Shown: positions 56,979 to 64,000 of the stretch, piece after piece
How the letters are laid out: each line of letters starts with the position of its first letter
How positions within the stretch are numbered: the first letter of the stretch is position 1
Assembly: GCA_035390125.1 (NCBI GenBank)
Contig: DAOOTD010000002.1
Span: forward strand, 105,908-169,907
Source of the DNA: Candidatus Moraniibacteriota bacterium
Lineage (GTDB): Bacteria > Patescibacteriota > Minisyncoccia > Moranbacterales > GWC2-37-73
Length of the DNA: 64,000 nucleotides
Reading direction: 5' to 3'
Notes under the pieces: model-generated
Seen by the model: only the letters and a program-made list of their open reading frames with translations
Database searches by the model: none
What the model was told of the DNA's origin: nothing
Translations under genes and position numbers: made by a program

Positions 56979-57635
56979 ATGCAAAACATAAATCCTTTTA
57001 TAAGCTACCTTGTTAATCAAGGGGTGCCTCTTGATACTGTCATCTTATTATTAATGCTGCCTATCGTTGTCACTCTCATAGCTTTTTTTCGTCAAGTTAT
57101 TGGTATTAAGGCATTTGGAATTTATACGCCAGCTATTATAACATTTGCTTTTTTAGCTATGCCACAACTCAGGTATGGCCTCGTAATTTTCATAAGTGTT
57201 ATCTTAATGGGTATGCTTATGCGCTTCATGCTTAAAAAACTGCGTATATTATATCTGCCAAGAGTTGCCATAATGCTTAGCATAATTGCTGTTGCAATTT
57301 TGATAATGCTTGGTTTTGGAGGCTCTATGCACAGAACAGGCTTAGCTTCTGTTTCAATTTTTCCTATATTGATAATGATTACAATTGTAGAAAAATTTGT
57401 TGCTACCCAAATAGAAAAAGGAAATAAAGTCGCCTTAATTCTTGCTGCAGAAACTTTAATAATTTCAATAGCCGGTTACTATTTAGCAAGCTGGCCATTT
57501 CTTATAAAAAGCATAGTAGCATTTCCGTGGTTAGTTCTTTTTACGATACCGGTCAATATATTACTTGGCAAATGGAATGGTTTAAGAATAAGCGAGTATA
57601 TAAGATTTAGAGAAGTTTTAAAAAACATAAAGTAG
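56979..57635 (+). CDS. 7TM domain protein (ATP-grasp/inactive-transglutaminase-associated type)
   Basis: LLMLPI...RQVIGIKAFGIYTP, SIFPILIM, GLRISEYIRF. Confidence 0.8.
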   Translation: MQNINPFISYLVNQGVPLDTVILLLMLPIVVTLIAFFRQVIGIKAFGIYTPAIITFAFLAMPQLRYGLVIFISVILMGMLMRFMLKKLRILYLPRVAIMLSIIAVAILIMLGFGGSMHRTGLASVSIFPILIMITIVEKFVATQIEKGNKVALILAAETLIISIAGYYLASWPFLIKSIVAFPWLVLFTIPVNILLGKWNGLRISEYIRFREVLKNIK

Positions 57636-57639
57636 AAAA

Positions 57640-59049
57640 ATGTTTGATTATATAAAAAATGCACATAAGTTGCTTGGCATGAATGCTCGCAATCTTGAAT
57701 ATATACGTCAATATAATCGCAAAAATGCGAAACGCCTTGCTGATGATAAAATCATGAGCAAGCGTATATTAAAAAAAGCAGGTATTCCCGTGCCAGAACT
57801 TATTGCTAAAATTAAATCAGTTGAGGAATTGGATGATTTTAACTGGGATCAATTGCCAAACTCTTTTGTTTTGAAGCCCAGCCGAGGTTTTGGTGGCGGT
57901 GGAATTTTAATTGTGTATGGAAAAAAGAAAAATAAAAGTGACATTTGGATTAAAGCTGATGGGTCTACAATCACAGTTGAAGATATTAAAAGCCATGTAC
58001 TGAACATATTAGATGGATCATTTTCACTTTCTAATCTTCCTGATGTTGCATTTTTTGAAGAAAGGCTTGCACTTCTTAAACTCTTTAAGCCCTATGCCTA
58101 CAAAGGAGTTCCTGATATTCGTGTAATTGTTTTTAACAGTATTCCTGTAATGGCAATGCTTCGTCTTCCAACCAAAGAATCAAAAGGAAAAGCTAATCTG
58201 CAACAAGGTGGAATAGGAATAGGAATAGACCTGGCATCAGGTATAACAACTACAGCAGTTTTGGGAAAAGGTAAAATTATTGACTATGTTCCAGGAACCA
58301 GACTCCTGCTTTCAGGTATAAAAATTCCTTATTGGAAAGAAATTTTGCTTTTAGCTGTCAAGGCACAGGAAATTTCTGGCATGGGATATTTAGGTGCTGA
58401 TATTGCCATTGATAGAGAAAGAGGACCAGTTTTCTTAGAGATAAATGCACGTCCAGGGCTTTCCATACAGATTGCAAATTTATCAGGATTAAGAGAGCGG
58501 CTGGAAAGAGTAAAAGGAATTAAAATCAAGTCAGCTGAAAGAGGAGTTCGTGTAGGAAGAGACCTATTTGGAGGGGAAGTCGAAGAGGAGTTGGAGGACA
58601 TTTCTGGGAGAAAAGTTATCGGTACTATAGAAAAAATAAAAATTATTTATAAAGACGGAAAAGAAATTGAAGTTGATGCCAAAATAGATACTGGAGCTAA
58701 TTCAACATCTATAGATTATGAGCTAGCAAAAGAAATTGGTTTTGGCGAAACAGTTGATGAATTTTCTAAAATAGATTTATCACAATATCAAATACTTCCA
58801 GAGAATGAATCTGAAATCAAGAAAGATATCCTAGCAAAATATAAAGAAAAAATTACAAGTCTGGAAGATGTCGCAGTTATTTTTTCTTCTAGCGGCTCAT
58901 CAATAAGACCGGTTATTAAAGTAAGTTTTATTATGGATGATATAGAAATAACATCAAAAGCAAATTTAGTAAAAAGAGAAAATCTTAAGTGTCCTGTCAT
59001 TATTGGAAAAAGAGATCTGAAGAAATTTCTAATAGATGTGAATAAATAA
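57640..59049 (+). CDS. Alpha-L-glutamate-ligase-like ATP-grasp fused to a retropepsin-like peptidase
   Basis: LGMNARN, FVLKP..G.GGGGI, PDIRV, ANLQQGG, LEINARPG; C-terminal AKIDTGA...IIGKR. Confidence 0.85.
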   Translation: MFDYIKNAHKLLGMNARNLEYIRQYNRKNAKRLADDKIMSKRILKKAGIPVPELIAKIKSVEELDDFNWDQLPNSFVLKPSRGFGGGGILIVYGKKKNKSDIWIKADGSTITVEDIKSHVLNILDGSFSLSNLPDVAFFEERLALLKLFKPYAYKGVPDIRVIVFNSIPVMAMLRLPTKESKGKANLQQGGIGIGIDLASGITTTAVLGKGKIIDYVPGTRLLLSGIKIPYWKEILLLAVKAQEISGMGYLGADIAIDRERGPVFLEINARPGLSIQIANLSGLRERLERVKGIKIKSAERGVRVGRDLFGGEVEEELEDISGRKVIGTIEKIKIIYKDGKEIEVDAKIDTGANSTSIDYELAKEIGFGETVDEFSKIDLSQYQILPENESEIKKDILAKYKEKITSLEDVAVIFSSSGSSIRPVIKVSFIMDDIEITSKANLVKRENLKCPVIIGKRDLKKFLIDVNK

Positions 59050-59054
59050 ATTAT

Positions 59055-60020
59055 ATGAAAAATAAAAAAATAAAAAATGTAGTAGTTATATATTGGGGAA
59101 ATGATTGGAATTGCAAGATACCTATTTCAAATGAAATTACCCGGCATTCATTTGAAAAATGGCATGAAATGGGCATTAAAAAAGGTATTGAGATGTATCG
59201 AGCTTCAATCAATTGGTATGATTTGCGGAAGAATGTTTTTATAAAATCCTGGGCCTTTCGGAACAAAAAATGGATAAAAATTGAAAAAAACATAAGGCCA
59301 GATCTTGTATATGATAAGGTTGGAGGAAAGCGCGACTTTAAGTCTTTTGAAAAAAAATTGCACATAGCTAAGAATGTTAAAATGTTCAATAACCCATTGT
59401 TTAGAGTGATGGTCAACAGTAAACTTTCTCAGTATGCAATTTTTGGAGAGTTTATGCCAAAATCATTTGTGGCTATGGACAAAAGCGAACTTATTCAAAT
59501 GTTTTCTAAAATAAAATCAAAAAAAATAGTTATAAAACCACTTTATGGATCTGGCGGGCACGGAATTGTTATTGATGAAAAAGAAAAAGCAATAAATAAA
59601 AAATACCAGTACCCAGTGCTTGTGCAGGAATTTATTGTTAGCGAAAAAGGAATTCCCGGTTTTTCAAAAAAGAAAGAGATTTCGGACCTGCGTTTAGTTT
59701 TTATGAATCACAAATTAAGCTATGCTCTTTCACGTATTGCCAAAAAGGGTTCTTTATTCACGAATTTACATCAGGGTGCAAGTGGAACTCTTGTTCCTGT
59801 GAAATATATACCCAAAGAAGTAGTTAAAATTGCAGAGAAAATAATTAAAAAACTAAAAATTTTCCCTGAAGCGCAATATTCCTTGGATTTTATTTTTTCA
59901 AATTCAGGAAAGCCTTATTTTGTTGAAATGAATACTACACCTGGCATAGATCTTATAACGGTTTTAGGTGACGAAAAAATTAAGCGAAAAAGCTTCGAAG
60001 ATATAATTAATTTAGCCTAA
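59055..60020 (+). CDS. ATP-grasp protein (RimK/YheCD-like)
   Basis: VIKPLYGSGGHGI, VQEFI, DLR, TNLHQG, FVEMNTTPG. Confidence 0.85.
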   Translation: MKNKKIKNVVVIYWGNDWNCKIPISNEITRHSFEKWHEMGIKKGIEMYRASINWYDLRKNVFIKSWAFRNKKWIKIEKNIRPDLVYDKVGGKRDFKSFEKKLHIAKNVKMFNNPLFRVMVNSKLSQYAIFGEFMPKSFVAMDKSELIQMFSKIKSKKIVIKPLYGSGGHGIVIDEKEKAINKKYQYPVLVQEFIVSEKGIPGFSKKKEISDLRLVFMNHKLSYALSRIAKKGSLFTNLHQGASGTLVPVKYIPKEVVKIAEKIIKKLKIFPEAQYSLDFIFSNSGKPYFVEMNTTPGIDLITVLGDEKIKRKSFEDIINLA

Positions 60021-61081
60021 TGAAAAAAAACAAGCTATCTGTAGCTATAGTTGCTCCATCTTTTTCGGAAATAGGTGGTCCGGAAGTGGCTACAAAAAAC
60101 ATGGCCCATGCTCTAAAAAAAAAAGGAGTCAATGTTGTACTTTTTGCTCCGAGTGATTGGAAGATCAATACTAAACATATAGCAACATTGGAAAAAAGCA
60201 TTTGCAACATGTCTTTATCAGAAAAAATTGGAAAGGTTGAAGAGCTGAGAATAAAAAGTCAGATGGAAATTATAAATCACCAGCAAAAATTTGACATTAT
60301 ACATCTTAATTCTCAAAAAGACGCTTATTTGGTTTCTAAACATATAAAAAAACCTTGTTTGCTGACATTTCATAATAAGATTACTGAACCTATTCTATCT
60401 CAGATAAAGAAAAACGGTGTTTACGCGGTTGCCTTGTCGTCTTCTCACGGAAATAATTTGCCTGTCGATGCGGTTATAGAAAACGGAATAGAAATAAAAA
60501 AAATAAAACCTTCTTTTAAAAAAGGAAAATACCTTATGACTGTTGGAAGGCTTACTGAACCAAAGGGTATAGATATAGCTATTAAAATAGCAAATAAAGC
60601 AAATAAAAAGCTTTTAATTTTCGGACGTGTTGGGAAGTCTTTGGATAGGAAAAGATATTTTAAGCATAAAATAAAACCTTTTTTAAATGATAGAATTGTA
60701 TTTATGGGTGAAGTTTCTCAGCTTGAAATTTTCAAACATTTAAGAAAAGCTGAGGCACTGCTTTTCCCTATCAGGAGAAACATAAAAGTTTGTCCTTTAA
60801 TTATAGCTGAATCGCTTGCTTGCGGAACGCCTATTATAGGAACACCCATAAACCCAACGCCGAAAATCCTTAATAATCCTAAAATTGCCTGCTTATCTAA
60901 AAATTTAAATGTTATGGTTAAAGCCGCTAAACTAGCCGGAAGATTTGATAGGAAAAAATGCAGAGAAGTTGCAGAAAATATTTTCGACAGTTCTATTATG
61001 GCTGAAAAATATATGTCCCTGTATAAAAAAATTATTAGCAAAAAAAGATTAAGGATAATAGGTGATTTTCTTGAAAAATAA
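60020..61081 (+). CDS. GT4 glycosyltransferase
   Basis: GGPE, ENGI, VGRLTEPKG, AESLACGTPII. Confidence 0.85.
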   Translation: MKKNKLSVAIVAPSFSEIGGPEVATKNMAHALKKKGVNVVLFAPSDWKINTKHIATLEKSICNMSLSEKIGKVEELRIKSQMEIINHQQKFDIIHLNSQKDAYLVSKHIKKPCLLTFHNKITEPILSQIKKNGVYAVALSSSHGNNLPVDAVIENGIEIKKIKPSFKKGKYLMTVGRLTEPKGIDIAIKIANKANKKLLIFGRVGKSLDRKRYFKHKIKPFLNDRIVFMGEVSQLEIFKHLRKAEALLFPIRRNIKVCPLIIAESLACGTPIIGTPINPTPKILNNPKIACLSKNLNVMVKAAKLAGRFDRKKCREVAENIFDSSIMAEKYMSLYKKIISKKRLRIIGDFLEK

Positions 61082-61149
61082 GATGCTTTATGTATAATTA
61101 AGTTAATTCGAAAAGCACCTAAATAATAAAATTTTAATTTTTTATTAAA

Positions 61150-63684
61150 ATGATACCTATATTTATACCGAACAAATTTAAAAGTATTTCCTCCCAAAAA
61201 AGATGGAAACTTGCAGGGAAAATTGCCCTCTGTGTTTTTGGGGCAATATTGATTTTTATAGCAAGTATTTTTATATATTTTGCCAAAGACATACCTAGTA
61301 CGACCTCAGTAAAAACGCGTCCTGTTATCGAGTCTACAAAAATATATGATAAAACCGGAGAGCACTTGCTTTATGATATACACGGGGAAGAAAAACGCAC
61401 TATAATACCATTTGAACAAATTCCTGATACAGTAAAATATGCTGCAATTTCTCTCGAAGATCAAGATTTTTATTCTCATCACGGAATAAAAATTTCATCT
61501 ATTGTTCGTAGTGCCCTTAAAGACATTATTAAAGGAAGTGCTGCACAGGGCGGATCTACAATTACTCAACAATTCGTGAAGAAGGCTCTTCTTACAGATG
61601 AAAAGACATTAACTAGAAAAATTAAGGAGGTTATTTTATCCATAGAAATTGAAACTAAATATTCAAAGGATGAAATTTTAGGAATGTATCTAAACCAGAT
61701 TCCTTATGGTTCAAGTGCGTATGGAATTGAAGCAGCGGCTCAAACTTTTTTTAACAAATCAGCTCGAGAAATAAATTTACCGGAAGCTGCTCTTCTTGCT
61801 TCTTTGCCAAATGCGCCGACATATTATTCTCCCTTTGGCCTGCACGTTAATGAATTAAAGGCACGTCAGGAATTGACATTGCAAAAAATGGCTGACCAGG
61901 GCTATATAACAAAAGAGCAAGCTGATGAAGCTAAAGGTGTTGATATCCTTTCGGAAATAAGTCCCAAACAAGACAATATAGCAGCTCCTCATTTTGTTAT
62001 GTATGTTAAAGATTATCTAGTTAATAAATATGGAGAACAAGTTGTTGAACAAGGAGGTTTGAAAGTTTATACAACTTTAGATTGGGATATGCAGCAAGCG
62101 GCCGAATCAGCAATTGCTGAAGGAACCGCAAAAAATATTGGAAATAATGCTTATAACGCGGCATTAGTAGCTGAAGATCCGAAAACAGGGCAAATTTTAG
62201 CTATGGTTGGATCTAAAAACTATTTCGGAAAATCAGAACCACAGGGATGCGTTTCTGGAAAAAACTGTAAATTTGAGCCTCAAGATAATGTGTCAATTCG
62301 TAATCGACAACCAGGTTCATCATTTAAACCCTATGTTTATTTAACAGCCTTTACAAAAGGATACACTCCGGAAACCCTCCTTTATGATACAGAAACAAGT
62401 TTTACTGCCAGTGACTCTTCGCAGGAAGATTATAAGCCGAAAAATTATGATGGAAAATTTCATGGTTCATTGCAAATGAAAAATACGCTAGCTATGTCGC
62501 TTAACATTCCTGCTGTAAAAACTCTTTATCTTGCTGGGGTTAAAAATTCTATACAAATTGCTAAAAACTTAGGAATAACAGGGCTTAATCAGCCAGAACG
62601 GTATGGATTATCGCTAGTATTGGGTGGCGGAGAAGTAAAACTTATCGATCATGTTAATGCCTATGCCTCACTAGCTCGTGGTGGTGTTTATAAAAAGCAG
62701 ACGTTTATAACGCGTGTACATGATAAAAATGGAAAAATTTTGGAGGAATATAAATCATCGGATGGACAACGTATCGTAGAAGAAAAATATATAGGAATGC
62801 TTGATTATATAATGTCAACAAATGATTTGCGTGCCCCGGTTTTCGGTTCAAATAACCCCTTTAGGTTTGATAATCGTCCAGTAGCTGCAAAAACAGGAAC
62901 AACAAATGAATTCAGAGATGGCTGGGCAGTAGGCTATACTCCTTCAATTGCGGTTGGAGTTTGGGCTGGAAATAATGACAATTCACCAATGAAAATGGGA
63001 GCCGATGGTATTATAGTAGCAGCTCCAATATGGAGAAATTTTATGGATAAAGTTCTGGTAAATTATCCTATAGAGCAGTTCCCTAAATATGAAAAAGAAG
63101 ATGCTGGTAAAGATATTTTAAATGGTAAGATTAATGAACAAAAAGACGTTAAAGTTTGTGAAATTCCTGGAAAAGACGATGAATACTGTTTAGCAAGCGA
63201 TGCATGTCCCGAATCATATGTTAAAAAGAAAGATTTTTCTGATGCGCATACCATATTGTATTATGTCAAAAAAGATGATCCTCGCGGAGAATATCCTGAA
63301 AATCCAAAGGATGATCCTCAATTTAAAAATTGGGAAAAAGGAGTTAAAGATTGGCTTAAAAAGAATAGTAAAAACGAGAATGAACCAGCCCCAGAGGAAA
63401 AATGCACAGAAAATGATTTTGCAGAAATAGAGCCGGAAATCTCAATTTCTGTCAGTAGGGATGGGTATGAACTTTCAATTTCAGCAAAAATTGATTCTCC
63501 TTTTAATGTTGATGAGGTAAGGTTCCTAGTGGATGGAGACGAGATTGATTCTATGAAATCAAGTCCATATAAAACATCCTATGATGCTTCCGGTAAGTCG
63601 GGATCAACATTAGAAATAAAGGCTACGGTTAAGGATGAAAAAGGCAAGACAGATTCTGTTTCTAAAAACATATCAATTCCTTAA
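61150..63684 (+). CDS. Class A penicillin-binding protein with C-terminal Ig-like domain
   Basis: EDQDFYSHHG, QGGSTITQQ, RKIKE, YLN; transpeptidase SSFK, SLN, KTGT. Confidence 0.93.
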   Translation: MIPIFIPNKFKSISSQKRWKLAGKIALCVFGAILIFIASIFIYFAKDIPSTTSVKTRPVIESTKIYDKTGEHLLYDIHGEEKRTIIPFEQIPDTVKYAAISLEDQDFYSHHGIKISSIVRSALKDIIKGSAAQGGSTITQQFVKKALLTDEKTLTRKIKEVILSIEIETKYSKDEILGMYLNQIPYGSSAYGIEAAAQTFFNKSAREINLPEAALLASLPNAPTYYSPFGLHVNELKARQELTLQKMADQGYITKEQADEAKGVDILSEISPKQDNIAAPHFVMYVKDYLVNKYGEQVVEQGGLKVYTTLDWDMQQAAESAIAEGTAKNIGNNAYNAALVAEDPKTGQILAMVGSKNYFGKSEPQGCVSGKNCKFEPQDNVSIRNRQPGSSFKPYVYLTAFTKGYTPETLLYDTETSFTASDSSQEDYKPKNYDGKFHGSLQMKNTLAMSLNIPAVKTLYLAGVKNSIQIAKNLGITGLNQPERYGLSLVLGGGEVKLIDHVNAYASLARGGVYKKQTFITRVHDKNGKILEEYKSSDGQRIVEEKYIGMLDYIMSTNDLRAPVFGSNNPFRFDNRPVAAKTGTTNEFRDGWAVGYTPSIAVGVWAGNNDNSPMKMGADGIIVAAPIWRNFMDKVLVNYPIEQFPKYEKEDAGKDILNGKINEQKDVKVCEIPGKDDEYCLASDACPESYVKKKDFSDAHTILYYVKKDDPRGEYPENPKDDPQFKNWEKGVKDWLKKNSKNENEPAPEEKCTENDFAEIEPEISISVSRDGYELSISAKIDSPFNVDEVRFLVDGDEIDSMKSSPYKTSYDASGKSGSTLEIKATVKDEKGKTDSVSKNISIP

Positions 63685-63699
63685 TTAGTAAATATTATT

Positions 63700-64000
63700 A
63701 TGATTTCTAAGATAAAAGGTACAATTGAATTTTTGCATGACAACTATGTTGTTGTAGATGTCAACGGCATTGGCTATAAAATTTTTGTGACATCACATAC
63801 CCTCGGTATTATTGCAGGGAAAAAAGAAGCAGATTTTTATACACACACCTATGTTCGCGAAGATGCCCTAGCTTTGTATGGTTTTCTTGATATGGAAGAA
63901 CTTGAAATGTTTGAACTTCTTATTTCCATTTCGGGGATCGGTCCGAAGGCAGCTATGGGAATATTAACAATCGCCGATCCAAAAACAATAAAAACAGCTG
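63700..64000 (+). CDS. ruvA: RuvA, truncated by the window end
   Basis: MISKIKG...VDVNGIGY...VRED...LYGF...SISGIGPK; absent from the ORF track. Confidence 0.93.
   Translation, partial: MISKIKGTIEFLHDNYVVVDVNGIGYKIFVTSHTLGIIAGKKEADFYTHTYVREDALALYGFLDMEELEMFELLISISGIGPKAAMGILTIADPKTIKTA

Noticed and set aside
302-63430. Many short ORFs antisense to or nested in long genes (e.g. 3450-3920, 8437-8859, 19607-20260, 32181-32663)
   Set aside because: Shadow frames of well-supported genes with no motifs of their own

Overview
Low-GC bacterial chromosomal segment. Gene content suggests a Patescibacteria/CPR (Parcubacteria-like) genome (inference): short IF-2, VirB2-like pilin arrays, PrgI/VirB4 without a relaxase, PilB, a membrane pyrophosphatase, lamin-tail and DUF3048 proteins, and no biosynthetic operons. 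TGA is used as stop. The core backbone is nfo, nrnA, rbfA, infB, tRNA-Ser(CGA), comM, rsmA, pcrA, xer, nusA, hppA, tig, clpP, gpmI, rny, hup, rpsT, holA, mutM, polA, tsaE, ruvB, yebC, ruvC, a class A PBP and a truncated ruvA. Accessory content includes a split conjugation-type T4SS-like locus with 7 VirB2-like pilin domains, a PilB/GspE ATPase with two tandem ATPase domains, and a 7TM + ATP-grasp/aspartic-protease fusion + ATP-grasp + GT4 locus between ruvC and ruvA. The features not explained by the ORF track are non-coding. They are a multibranched RNA carrying a 14-nt complement of the 16S 3' tail (4960-5093), a ~180-nt 6S-like rod (50847-51027), structured leaders of rny and of a LysM-CHAP gene, and several self-contained one- or two-gene cassettes sharing a promoter, boxA-like, strong-SD and hairpin layout. 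All RNA pairings were read by eye and not computed. No CRISPR array, rRNA or transposase was seen.
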